DNA from: an uncultured Actinomycetes bacterium
GTDB taxonomy: Bacteria; SZUA-79; Acidulodesulfobacterales; Acidulodesulfobacteraceae
Reading direction: 5' to 3'
DNA length: 64,000 nucleotides
NCBI GenBank assembly: GCA_964631685.1
Contig: CAZVZU010000001.1
Location: 64,001-128,000, forward strand
In this document: positions 1 through 9,745 of the stretch, one piece after another
Layout: each line of letters starts with the position of its first letter
Numbering within the stretch: position 1 is the stretch's first letter
Made by a program: the position numbers and the translations under genes
Notes under the pieces: generated by a model
What the model saw: the letters and a program-made list of their open reading frames with translations, nothing else
The model's database searches: none
Told to the model about the DNA's origin: nothing

Positions 1-972
1 TTTAGCATCAACGAGACGGAGATAAACGGAGGTGACATTCATGCACATAAATATTACTCCAAAAGATCGTCTGATATATTTTATGGGTGCCTTTTATATC
101 TTAAGTATAAATATGACGCTAAATATTTTAATCTTGTTACTGTAAAAAGTTTTTTCGAAAAAGGTATAAAATTTATCGAAACACAGATAGGAAAATTTAA
201 CAAAAAAGACAATAAAAAGGTGCAAGAATTATTTAATAACTTTTTTGAGCTTCCGTCCTTCGAAAGGGCAAAAATTGTTACCGATATACTTAATACTATA
301 GATTTCTTAAATGACGAAAATGTTGCAACCTGTTTTAAAAGTAGCACTGGTGCAGTTAATGATAAAACTGAAAATGAGGATTTTTTTATTGAGGATTTTT
401 TTGAAAACGATACTCTTTTTATCGTTGGCATACCCAAGGAAAGGATTGTTTCAGGGGGTGCAAAGCTTATCTCTTTTATAACCGGCATTTTTATAAATGC
501 CATATACAAGGATAGAAGAAAAAAGTTAAGAGAGCGTAATAAGAGCGATAATCAAGGCGACTCCCGCGATATTTTTATATATTTAGATGAATTTCCCGCA
601 TTATCCCTGAATAATTTCGATATTGAACTTGCAAACCTGAGAAAAATAAATACCGGCGTATGCATAACCGCGCAGGATATAGCCTTCATAAGAAGTAAAT
701 ATAAGGATCTTTCTTTAATTACCGCTAACATTGGAACGCACATCATTATTGGTCACGCAAGCTATGAAACCTGTAAGTATTACTCTGACATGTTAGGAGA
801 AAAGTATATATTTCACAAAGAATTGGTAGGGAATAATCTTCGCGAAACATCGGTTGCATCAGGGCTATATCCCTTAATGTCCGCGAACGAAATAAAAAAT
901 ATGGATACGAGCAAGGCATTAATCTATACAAAATACATTAATCCGTTCGTGTTAACCATATATTCACCATAA
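1..972 (+). CDS. Type IV secretion coupling protein VirD4/TraG/TraD family, C-terminal part (5' truncated by window edge)
   Basis: Frame is open from base 1 to the stop at 972. Contains Walker-B-like IYLDEFPAL followed by LANLRKINTGVCITAQD and ITANIGTHIIIG, typical of the TraG-D C-terminal domain. Confidence 0.75.
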   Translation, partial: FSINETEINGGDIHAHKYYSKRSSDIFYGCLLYLKYKYDAKYFNLVTVKSFFEKGIKFIETQIGKFNKKDNKKVQELFNNFFELPSFERAKIVTDILNTIDFLNDENVATCFKSSTGAVNDKTENEDFFIEDFFENDTLFIVGIPKERIVSGGAKLISFITGIFINAIYKDRRKKLRERNKSDNQGDSRDIFIYLDEFPALSLNNFDIELANLRKINTGVCITAQDIAFIRSKYKDLSLITANIGTHIIIGHASYETCKYYSDMLGEKYIFHKELVGNNLRETSVASGLYPLMSANEIKNMDTSKALIYTKYINPFVLTIYSP

Positions 973-989
973 TACTGGATAAAATTGTT

Positions 990-2906
990 TTATTTTTGTG
1001 CACTGATATTAATGTCAATAGCATTAATCATTGAAGATGCAATATTTTTGTAAGTTTCAGAAGTGGCGTTTTCATTGAGTTTATTATAATATTTTAATGC
1101 GAGCACGTTGTTATTTAAATATTTCATATATAGGTAAGCTATTTGGGATAGTTCGTATTGAAAATGCGCCCCGGATTTTTTAAGCGCATACCCTTTTTTA
1201 AAGTATAAGAGGGATGTCCTGTAGTTATGGAACCGGTAGTTTATTAGACCTAGATAATAGTATGTATCATATAATATAGCGTAATCCTGCTTAGCTGAAT
1301 GACCGCTTTTGATAATGCTATCAAAATAGAACAAGGCTTTTCTTGCTCTATTTTGATTAAATTCATACAATGCTAAAAAATAAATATTTTTCATTCTTTC
1401 TTTGGGTGGCAGTATATTCAAGTTCTGTTTTAAAAGACTCACAACTTCATTAGTGTAGTTTAATTTTCTGTATAATTCTAATCTTAAATTAACGATATCG
1501 TCTCTTATCCTGTCCGCTTTTGCGTTTTTCGAGGATATCATATTTATCAACGATAATGACTTTTTGTATTTACCATTTTCGTAGTATACATTAGCCAAAA
1601 ATAATTTTGAATTTGCACTTCCGCTAAGAGCATAATATTTTTCCGCTAAGGGTAGGGTGCTTTTTAAGTCATTTTCTTTGAGTTTAATTTTTGCAAGATA
1701 CCAATAAATTTCCGGATTTATAAATTTATTAGGGATTAAAAATGCTATTGTTTTTGTTATCTTGAAAGGATTTTTAAAATCATTGTTTTTGTACATTGTT
1801 TTTACGATCGTAAATAATAAATTTGCTGCATATTTTTGATATAAAATCGTTTCTTTATGGGATAGCTGATAACTGAATAATAGTCTTTTTAGATATGCAA
1901 GTCTCTTTTCGTATTTTTTATTTTTTTTGTAATATGCGGCTAAAAATTTCAAAGCGGATAATTTAATTTTCGGATAGTTAATATCGGACGATTCACCATT
2001 TATATATTTGAGTCCCTTAGGATTATTTTGTTTTGTCAAAGCGATTCCATAATAAAGTAGCGAACCGTGATAGTAGTAATCAGAGCAGTATTTAGATGAA
2101 TTCATAAAATAGGTTTGTGCCATACTATATTTTCCTATTCTTAAGGCAATTATTCCTTCGAAATATGAACTGTAGCAATAATAATCTTTTTTTGGATAAA
2201 ATAAATTCTTATTATTTAGCATTAACAATGCGGCATATAAGTTATGCCGATAGTTTATAAGATAATTCATATATACCAGCTTAAAATATTTGTCTTGCTT
2301 TTCTAAATATGTTATTTTTTGTAAAATCTTTTCAACATTATCTTCGTTGAATAATTTATCTGCGTCATCCATTTTGCCACTTGCAGCGTAAGAAAGCGTT
2401 AAATAAATTAATGATTCATCGTGTAATTTGACGCCCATTTTTGTTCTTTTTATTAAAAAATTAAAATCCCTTATAGAACGTCTATAATTTTTAAGGTTAA
2501 AATCACATTTAGCCATCATAAATATAACCTTAACTATATGCGTATAATTAGGGTTTTCGTTGATTATCCGTTGAAAATACGGTTTTGCAATAAAAAAGTC
2601 ATTGAGTTTATATAGTATATTCCCGTACAGATAATAAATATTCGACGATGTTATTTTGTTTGCTGAATAATTATTTAACGTAAATTTAATAGTACTTAAG
2701 GCGGCGGACAACTTTCCTATTTTATAGTAATTCAAAGCTTTCTGGTATAGTATAGTAGCTTTTTTATTTTTGACCGGCAAAGTTTTTCCGTAAATTTTAT
2801 TTAAAAAATAGGGACACATTGTTAGCACAGTTGAAATAATTGCGAAAAAGATAATCTTTTCTAGAAGTCGTGTGTATTTTTTATTTATATTTATTATTTT
2901 TTTCAT
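990..2906 (-). CDS. Tetratricopeptide-repeat protein with N-terminal membrane anchor or signal
   Basis: Hydrophobic N-terminal segment, then many TPR-like helical pairs (YYLYGNILYKLNDF..A, YYYLGLINYRFHNY..S). Overlaps the end of the upstream sigma54 regulator. Confidence 0.75.
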   Translation of the reverse strand: MKKIININKKYTRLLEKIIFFAIISTVLTMCPYFLNKIYGKTLPVKNKKATILYQKALNYYKIGKLSAALSTIKFTLNNYSANKITSSNIYYLYGNILYKLNDFFIAKPYFQRIINENPNYTHIVKVIFMMAKCDFNLKNYRRSIRDFNFLIKRTKMGVKLHDESLIYLTLSYAASGKMDDADKLFNEDNVEKILQKITYLEKQDKYFKLVYMNYLINYRHNLYAALLMLNNKNLFYPKKDYYCYSSYFEGIIALRIGKYSMAQTYFMNSSKYCSDYYYHGSLLYYGIALTKQNNPKGLKYINGESSDINYPKIKLSALKFLAAYYKKNKKYEKRLAYLKRLLFSYQLSHKETILYQKYAANLLFTIVKTMYKNNDFKNPFKITKTIAFLIPNKFINPEIYWYLAKIKLKENDLKSTLPLAEKYYALSGSANSKLFLANVYYENGKYKKSLSLINMISSKNAKADRIRDDIVNLRLELYRKLNYTNEVVSLLKQNLNILPPKERMKNIYFLALYEFNQNRARKALFYFDSIIKSGHSAKQDYAILYDTYYYLGLINYRFHNYRTSLLYFKKGYALKKSGAHFQYELSQIAYLYMKYLNNNVLALKYYNKLNENATSETYKNIASSMINAIDINISAQK

Positions 2907-4365
2907 ATCTTTTTAATTTTTCTATAAGTGTAGTTCTATTCAAGCCAAGCATCTTTGCGGCTTTTTCCTTAATTCCGCCGGATATTTTCATGGCTTTTCG
3001 TATAATTTCCAATTCTATTTTCTCAATTTCATGTTTTAGGCTAATTTGTGTGTTGTTAATATCCGGAACTTCGAAGTTATAGATGGCTGACATTGGCTTA
3101 ACCTGGCTGTCTTCTCTTGAAGCACTAATTTTAAAATATTTTTGCGGTATATCTTTGCTTACAATTAAACCATTTTCATTTAAAACAACGAGCATTTCTA
3201 TGATATTTTCTACTTCCCTAATATTTCCATACCAATCATAATTTAAAAGCGTCATAAGCGCATCCTCAGACATACCGTACACATTGTTATTCTGATATGC
3301 GCTAAACTTTTTTAAGAAATAATATATTAATATAATGATATCTGTTTTTCTCTCCCTTAACGGAGCCAAATGAATCGGAATAACGTTTATTCTGTAATAA
3401 AAATCTTCCCTATATTTATTTTTGGAAATCATATCTTCGAGATTCTTATTTGTTGCCGAGATAATTCTTGCATCAATTTTTTTCGGTCTTATGGCGCCTA
3501 TAGGTTCTATTTCACGTTCCTGAATGACCCTTAAAAGTTTTACTTGAAGTGATAAGCTCATATCACCTATTTCATCTAGAAACAGAGTAGCTTTGTCGGC
3601 AAGCTCAAATCTTCCCGGTTTATCACTAAAGGCCCCTGTGAATGCCCCTTTTTTATAGCCGAAAAGTTCGCTTTCTAGAAGTCCTTCGGGAAAAGCACCA
3701 CAATTAATGGAGACCATTGGCTTTTGATTCCTTTTAGATTCATTATGTATCAAACGGGCTATAAATTCCTTTCCGGTTCCAGATTCTCCAGTTATCAAAA
3801 CATTGCTATCGGTTTGTGATATTTTACGGGCATTAGAGACGATTGTATTAATATGATTTGAAATACCGTAGATATCAATTTTAGAAGAACCTCTTGCATC
3901 TGTACTGTCAAATCTTTGACATAGATCGGCTAAGAGGGTCGATTCCTTATCAATAAAGGCGTTGTAATGTTTTTTCTTAAAAATTTTTAGGTCTATGAAT
4001 GTTTCGTATGTAAGATATTGAATATTTCCAGGATGGATGATATGGTCGATGCCATGTTTTATAAAGAAAATTAAGTCATTCTCATTTAGATTGTATATGT
4101 TTTGTACATATACAAAAATCTTTATGTTTCTTTTAGGGGATATTTTGGATATTTTTGGAATAAAAGCCCTATTATTTTCCGTAATTATGTATGTATTATT
4201 GCCAAAATTTGACGGCAGATCTTTTATATCCCTTAATATACATATTTTTTCTTCGTTTATAGTTTTTTTAAGACTATTTTGCAACAAAGATGCTACAGCT
4301 TTTGATTTAATTATAATGTAAACAGGGCATTTAGGGTTTTTTTCAGTTTGACTAAAGTTACTCAT
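2881..4365 (-). CDS. Sigma54-dependent enhancer-binding protein, FleQ/FlrA-like flagellar master regulator candidate
   Basis: GESGTGKE Walker A, ESELFGYKKGAFTGA, LFLDEIGD Walker B, Fis-type HTH (AAKMLGLNRTTLIEKLKRY). The N-terminal domain lacks canonical receiver acidic residues, as in FleQ. Confidence 0.85.
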   Translation of the reverse strand: MSNFSQTEKNPKCPVYIIIKSKAVASLLQNSLKKTINEEKICILRDIKDLPSNFGNNTYIITENNRAFIPKISKISPKRNIKIFVYVQNIYNLNENDLIFFIKHGIDHIIHPGNIQYLTYETFIDLKIFKKKHYNAFIDKESTLLADLCQRFDSTDARGSSKIDIYGISNHINTIVSNARKISQTDSNVLITGESGTGKEFIARLIHNESKRNQKPMVSINCGAFPEGLLESELFGYKKGAFTGAFSDKPGRFELADKATLFLDEIGDMSLSLQVKLLRVIQEREIEPIGAIRPKKIDARIISATNKNLEDMISKNKYREDFYYRINVIPIHLAPLRERKTDIIILIYYFLKKFSAYQNNNVYGMSEDALMTLLNYDWYGNIREVENIIEMLVVLNENGLIVSKDIPQKYFKISASREDSQVKPMSAIYNFEVPDINNTQISLKHEIEKIELEIIRKAMKISGGIKEKAAKMLGLNRTTLIEKLKRYEKNNKYK

Positions 4366-4386
4366 ATTATTTATAATCTATGTATT

Positions 4387-4908
4387 ATGATAACAATTAT
4401 AATAGACGGATATAACTTTATTTTCAACTCATATTTTAAGCTGAACGTCAAATCCGAAACACTTCAGAGGCTTAGAAACGATACTGTCAATTTTTTATCA
4501 GAGTATTATAATGTAAAAAGAAATAAAGTGATAGTGGTTTTTGATGGATACAATACCGATCTTCCATTAGAGTCAAAATATTTTATCAAAAATATTGAAG
4601 TTATATATTCCAAGAAGGATGAAAAAGCGGATGATGTTGTGGTTAGACTTGCAAAAGCTTGCAAGAGCTCTATGGTTGTTACAAATGACAATGAAATTAA
4701 GAAAAATGTTGAGAATGCAAACTGTTCATGTATGAGCCCGGAAGAATTTAAAGTATTGGTTGAAAATATTATTAACGATGGTTACAACGATGTTGCAGAA
4801 TATAGCGCAGAAGAAGAATATGTGCCTTCCAACGGAAAGAGAAAAGGCAATCCTCATAGGCTTTCAAAAAAAGAAAGGCTTAAGAATCAAAAAATTAAAA
4901 AAATTTAG
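4387..4908 (+). CDS. NYN-domain RNase, YacP/Rae1 family
   Basis: IIIDGYN, VVFDG, EKADDVV and VVTND motifs of NYN_YacP. ATG at 4387 preferred over the TTG at 4348. Confidence 0.85.
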   Translation: MITIIIDGYNFIFNSYFKLNVKSETLQRLRNDTVNFLSEYYNVKRNKVIVVFDGYNTDLPLESKYFIKNIEVIYSKKDEKADDVVVRLAKACKSSMVVTNDNEIKKNVENANCSCMSPEEFKVLVENIINDGYNDVAEYSAEEEYVPSNGKRKGNPHRLSKKERLKNQKIKKI

Positions 4909-4933
4909 TATTACCGGATATTTAATCTTTTGA

Positions 4934-5662
4934 TTAGTCGGGTGTTATCTTCATGAATGCCTTTTTTATTTGTTCTATCTGCGACGACAGTCTTGCATCT
5001 ATTTCGCCAAAGTCGGTTTTTATTATTGCATCTCCGGGTAAAATATTTGGGTCAGATAAAAATTTTATATTGGTCTCTTTTGTAGTAATATATTTCGTTA
5101 AATCCGGATTTTTATTTATAACGTTATAATCCGAAGTGTTAAGGCAAATAGTAAAATTTACAGTTTCAGATGCTTTATTTATAGCGTCTGCTATTATGAC
5201 CCGCAATGCATCATAATTTGTGGTGACTGTTTGTTTTACAATGGTTTGAGCTATGCTTAAGGTTAAGTCTATTATATCGTTTTTTGCGTCCCTATAGATT
5301 ACGTTTTTAAACTGTTCAATAGAATGAGCCGCATTTACTATATTTTTAACGCTATCATTTACTAACTTTAATGCCTCGTCATTGCCCTTATTGAGACCTT
5401 CTGTATGGCCATCTTTTGCAGATTTCCTGAACACAATATCTCTTTTATCATCAAACTCGTTTTTTATTTCTTTCTTATAGTTATCTATCAGTTCTAATAT
5501 ATATTGCCTAACAGTTGTAGGCACAGTTTTCAATGTTTCCGTTAATTCTTTGGCATAGTTTTTTGTGCTATTTTGTCGGGTATTAAAGAAAGAGGATCTA
5601 CTCCCGTCATAAACGGTTTTACCTTCTATGCTTATGCCTTCGCTTTTTAAAATTTTAGTCAT
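4934..5662 (-). CDS. fliH: Flagellar assembly protein FliH
   Basis: Follows fliG. GxxxG repeat (AKDGHTEGLNKG) and C-terminal PGDAIIKTDFGEIDARL. Confidence 0.85.
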   Translation of the reverse strand: MTKILKSEGISIEGKTVYDGSRSSFFNTRQNSTKNYAKELTETLKTVPTTVRQYILELIDNYKKEIKNEFDDKRDIVFRKSAKDGHTEGLNKGNDEALKLVNDSVKNIVNAAHSIEQFKNVIYRDAKNDIIDLTLSIAQTIVKQTVTTNYDALRVIIADAINKASETVNFTICLNTSDYNVINKNPDLTKYITTKETNIKFLSDPNILPGDAIIKTDFGEIDARLSSQIEQIKKAFMKITPD

Positions 5663-5673
5663 AAATAGTTATG

Positions 5674-6675
5674 TTATACAAGTTTTTCGCTTTCGCTTTT
5701 TACTGCGAGACTAATTTTCCCTTCATCCTCAAGTCTTCTTGCAATTTTTAAAATCTCATGCTGTACGCTTTCTACCTCGGAAAGTTTTTTGGGTCCCAAT
5801 GCTTCTAAATCGTCAACAATCATTTCTTGCGCCCTTTTTGAGACATTGGTGAGAATCTTGTTTTTGAGGTCTTCCGATGCGGTTTTTAACGCCATTACAA
5901 TCTGATCGTGAGATATTTCTCTGAGCATTAACTGCATAGATTTGTTGTCAACTATTGCAAGGTCATCAAATGTGAACATGAGCTCTTTTATCTTATCCGA
6001 TTCCTCTTTATCCATTTTTTCAATATCGTTTAATATAGGTTCTTCTATGGATTTATCCATGTTATTTAAAATATCGGCTACAATTCTAACGCCTCCCACC
6101 AGCTTGCTTTGAGTAGAACTAGTAGATTTAAGTTGTTCCTGAAGAACCTCATCTAGATCATGAATGATGCCGGGTGGCACTCTTTCCAGCTTTGATAACC
6201 TGAAGACCACTTGCGACCTTATTGATGAGGGCAAAAGACTGATTACTGCTGCAGCCTGTATGGGTTCTAGGTGCCCAAGTATTAAGGCTATAGTTTGAGG
6301 ATGTTCATTTTTTACAAAATCGGTAATTACGTGAGGGTCAAGCCATTTCAGGGTTTGAAGTCCATCTTCCTCGATAGGGCCGTGTAGATTATCTAAAATC
6401 TTCTTTGCTTTATCAGGGTCAAGAGATTTTGAGATTAAGCTTTTAACAAAATCATCGCCTTTAACGACCAGTCCGACTTTTGAAAAATTAGAATTAAAAT
6501 TCTCCAAAATAGATTCCGAATCCTCTTTTTCAATGGTTGGAATCTGGCCCATGTACTTGGTGATCTTTTGTATCTCAATTAAATCGAGCCTTTTTATGAT
6601 TTCCGAAGCGGCTTCTTCTCCTACGGAAACAAGAAATATCGCCGCCTTTTCCGGACCTGAGAATCTTCTGGACAT
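5674..6675 (-). CDS. fliG: Flagellar motor switch protein FliG
   Basis: GPEKAAIFL, EHPQTIALIL, GG linker and MFTFDDL motifs. Confidence 0.97.
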   Translation of the reverse strand: MSRRFSGPEKAAIFLVSVGEEAASEIIKRLDLIEIQKITKYMGQIPTIEKEDSESILENFNSNFSKVGLVVKGDDFVKSLISKSLDPDKAKKILDNLHGPIEEDGLQTLKWLDPHVITDFVKNEHPQTIALILGHLEPIQAAAVISLLPSSIRSQVVFRLSKLERVPPGIIHDLDEVLQEQLKSTSSTQSKLVGGVRIVADILNNMDKSIEEPILNDIEKMDKEESDKIKELMFTFDDLAIVDNKSMQLMLREISHDQIVMALKTASEDLKNKILTNVSKRAQEMIVDDLEALGPKKLSEVESVQHEILKIARRLEDEGKISLAVKSESEKLV

Positions 6676-6676
6676 T

Positions 6677-8278
6677 TTATGCTTCTCTACCCGTTTCTTT
6701 TAGTAAGTTTTTAACATAATTTGCTGCGGCGTCAGGATCAGATTTAACAATACCGGCCGCGGTATCTTTTATATTGGGTTTAGGCTGCTCAGTGGATTGT
6801 TCTTTTATTTGAGCCAATGTTTCAAGTTTATCAGTATTCATATGCCCTCCTTCAGGACTTGGTTTATAAGAGGTGATATACTTCATTATCGGTCTTAAAA
6901 CCAGTAATATTAGGAGTATAATGCTGAACAGAATGACAATGTATTTTATTAGCTCCGCCATATTGGATTTGATAATTGATAAAAGCGTTGTTTTAGGTGG
7001 AGGGGTTATCGCATAGTGTATTTTTTCAAACGGAATATTTGCAACTACGACCTTATCGTTTGCAGCTTTAGAGTATCCTATTGCTGTTTGGACTATGCTT
7101 TTAAATAAACTCATCTCGCTTGAAGAGCGGGGCACATATGTTTCTGATATTTTACCATTGGGTGATGTTATTTTCTTAAATGTTCCATTTACAAGAACTG
7201 AGGCATAAATCCTTTTTATTGCTCCCGCAGGATATGATATACTTTCTACTTGTTTAGAAACATCATAATTAGTTGTCTGCTTTTTTATTGTATGGACGCT
7301 TGGTTTTGCAACAGATATAGGCGTTTTTCCTGGTGGTAAATTAGATGTTGATCCAGGAATTCCATATGGTTGTATGGCGCCGGTTGATGAAGAATTGGAA
7401 GTTTGTTGCGAAACTATGGCCGTAGTATTTGGATTATAGGTCAATGTTGACACAGTTTTTTTTGAAAAATCCACTTTTACATAGACCTTAGTGTTAATGT
7501 TGCCGGCTCCAACGACGGGTATCAACATTGAATTTATTTTATGTTCAATATTTTGTTCTATTTCGCGGACATAGGTTAACTGATTTGCGGTGTATGCAAG
7601 TGTTGATTTAGTAGCAATAGATAAAATTTGTCCACTCGTATCGACTATCGTAACATTTTTGGGTTTTAATCCTTCAACCGCGCTAGATACTAAATGTATT
7701 ATGCCACTTACTTGCATTTTGTTTAAATGCATACCCTGCTTTAATTTTACGATAACAGATGCTTTAGCCGGAACTCTTCTAGTGATGAATATCGATCGTC
7801 GTGGCAAAACTATGAGTACTCTAGAATATTGAACCTGATTCAGTTCATTTATCGTTCTTTCAAGCTCGCCCTGGAGCGCTCTTTGATAGTCCACGTGTTG
7901 AATAAAATCCGTCATGCCTATTTGAACCTTGTCGAATATGGAAAATCCTACACCCGCCTGATGCGGTAGCCCAACCGAAGCTAAGTTAAGCCGAGTCTCA
8001 TAGACCTTGTTTTTAGGAATCAATATCGTTTTTCCCTGGTTAGAAAGCTTGTATGGAATAGAATAAGAGTGAAGCTTGTTAATTACGCTGGAAGCGCTGG
8101 ACGGATTTAAATTTGAATACAAGATGCCGTAATTGGGGGTTGCAATATAGACAGCCATAAAGTAGACTGCACCAACAACGGCCAAAATAACAAGCGTAAA
8201 CACAATCTTCCTTTCAACCGATAGATCGGCATAAAACTTTCCTAATTGAGAACCAAAATCTTTTAATGTGTCAGCCAT
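6677..8278 (-). CDS. fliF: Flagellar MS-ring protein FliF
   Basis: Two TM segments, YQRALQGELERTI, ASVIVKL and LVSSAVEGLKPKNVTIVD. Confidence 0.97.
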   Translation of the reverse strand: MADTLKDFGSQLGKFYADLSVERKIVFTLVILAVVGAVYFMAVYIATPNYGILYSNLNPSSASSVINKLHSYSIPYKLSNQGKTILIPKNKVYETRLNLASVGLPHQAGVGFSIFDKVQIGMTDFIQHVDYQRALQGELERTINELNQVQYSRVLIVLPRRSIFITRRVPAKASVIVKLKQGMHLNKMQVSGIIHLVSSAVEGLKPKNVTIVDTSGQILSIATKSTLAYTANQLTYVREIEQNIEHKINSMLIPVVGAGNINTKVYVKVDFSKKTVSTLTYNPNTTAIVSQQTSNSSSTGAIQPYGIPGSTSNLPPGKTPISVAKPSVHTIKKQTTNYDVSKQVESISYPAGAIKRIYASVLVNGTFKKITSPNGKISETYVPRSSSEMSLFKSIVQTAIGYSKAANDKVVVANIPFEKIHYAITPPPKTTLLSIIKSNMAELIKYIVILFSIILLILLVLRPIMKYITSYKPSPEGGHMNTDKLETLAQIKEQSTEQPKPNIKDTAAGIVKSDPDAAANYVKNLLKETGREA

Positions 8279-8386
8279 TTAATTTATAATGTTACATCCC
8301 CTGTTAATTCGTTATTTCGAAAGGAACAAGAATATTATCCTCTTTTTTGAGGCACTGTGCCGTTAAATTTCTACCGGCAAACGTAA

Positions 8387-8728
8387 TTAAATCTGCATAT
8401 TGATAATCTGGTTGTATGCTGTCACAATCTTATTTCTAACTTGCATCATTAACTCAAAGGAGTTGTTAGCTTTTTCCATATCTATCATTGCCTGATGAAT
8501 ATTAGAGGACTTGCCGGTTGCAATGGCTTCCGCCTGATTATTTGCGTCGACCTGAAGATTATTCACTTTGTCAATATAATTTGAGAGTACATTTGCAAAA
8601 GAATTATTGCCGTCAGAACCAAGGGTCTTATCTGCTCCGTTTGATATATCATTAGGCTTAAGTTCCTTGTTGAGTTCTTTAATGATACCTGAATTAAGAT
8701 TATTTACATCAGTTATAATTGCGGACAT
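8387..8728 (-). CDS. fliE: Flagellar hook-basal body protein FliE
   Basis: C-terminal QVRNKIVTAYNQIINMQI. Confidence 0.95.
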   Translation of the reverse strand: MSAIITDVNNLNSGIIKELNKELKPNDISNGADKTLGSDGNNSFANVLSNYIDKVNNLQVDANNQAEAIATGKSSNIHQAMIDMEKANNSFELMMQVRNKIVTAYNQIINMQI

Positions 8729-8817
8729 AAAACACTCCCTAATAAATAAAAATTAAAAAACAATATCATATACAATCAGATCGTAATTATTATACCACAA
8801 ATCTTTCTTACATACCG

Positions 8818-9210
8818 TCAAATTTTTAACGATGCTCGAGACATCGACTTTGATTCGGCTATAACCTGCGCATCGGCTTGATACGCTCTTGTAGCCGATA
8901 TCATATCTACGAGTTCTCTAATTGACGATATATTAGGAATCTTTACATATCCAGCGCTGTTTGACAACGGATTAGATGGATCATACTTCTCAGAAAACGG
9001 ATGTTTTGCATTTTCAATCTTCGCAACCTCCACACCAAAGTAATCTTTAAATTTAACCGTCTTAAATAGGGGCTCTTTTTTTATATAAGGCAATCCATTC
9101 CCTGCATTGTCGGTATTAATGTTTGCCAGATTAGACGCAATTACATTCATTCTAATCCTTTCGGCGTTAAGCCCTTGAGCAGCGATACTTAAAGAATCAT
9201 TAAAACCCAT
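8818..9210 (-). CDS. flgC: Flagellar basal-body rod protein FlgC
   Basis: GLNAERIRMNVIASNLANI, YDPSNP and ELVDMISATRAYQA. ATG at 9210 preferred. Confidence 0.95.
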   Translation of the reverse strand: MGFNDSLSIAAQGLNAERIRMNVIASNLANINTDNAGNGLPYIKKEPLFKTVKFKDYFGVEVAKIENAKHPFSEKYDPSNPLSNSAGYVKIPNISSIRELVDMISATRAYQADAQVIAESKSMSRASLKI

Positions 9211-9254
9211 AATTTCACCCAATTTATTTTATTATTAATTCCGCTCTTTTTTGA

Positions 9255-9680
9255 TTAAGAGTTAGTCTGAGTTATTGCATAATGCAATAGTGCAAACTTT
9301 TTTGATAAGAGAACTGCCACGGCTTTAAACCTAATGGCATTTGAAGTCATATTCGTCATCTCTTTGCTTAGATCTACGGTATTTCCATCCAATGTAGGAA
9401 CAGTTTTAATCGTTTGATTATGAATAAAAGACTTTATAAATCCATAATCGTTGCGCGTAGCATCATAACTGTTTTTGTATGATAAATCTTTCGTGGAATC
9501 ACTCGTCATAGACACTGATGATCCTGATGACACCAAATCGTCCATCACATCTTTAAAATTCAAGACCTTAGCCTTATATCCAGGCGTGTCAATGTTAGCA
9601 ACATTCGAGGCTATTATATTCTGTCTGTCGCTCAGCACATTCAGGCTTTCGCCCAATATGTCATAAATTTTACCAAACAT
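9255..9680 (-). CDS. flgB: Flagellar basal-body rod protein FlgB
   Basis: RQNIIASNVANIDTPGYKA and DGNTVDLSKEM. Confidence 0.95.
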   Translation of the reverse strand: MFGKIYDILGESLNVLSDRQNIIASNVANIDTPGYKAKVLNFKDVMDDLVSSGSSVSMTSDSTKDLSYKNSYDATRNDYGFIKSFIHNQTIKTVPTLDGNTVDLSKEMTNMTSNAIRFKAVAVLLSKKFALLHYAITQTNS

Positions 9681-9730
9681 GACTTATCGCTCCTCTTTTT
9701 TGTAAGTACTAAATTAATAATAGTATAAGT

Positions 9731-9745
9731 GCAATTTTTATGCCA
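9731..9745 (-). promoter_or_regulatory. Sigma54 (-24/-12) promoter for the flgBC-fliEFGH operon
   Basis: Minus strand reads TGGCATAAAAATTGC, matching TGGCA-N6-TTGC, about 50 bp upstream of flgB. It overlaps the kinase stop codon. Confidence 0.8.
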
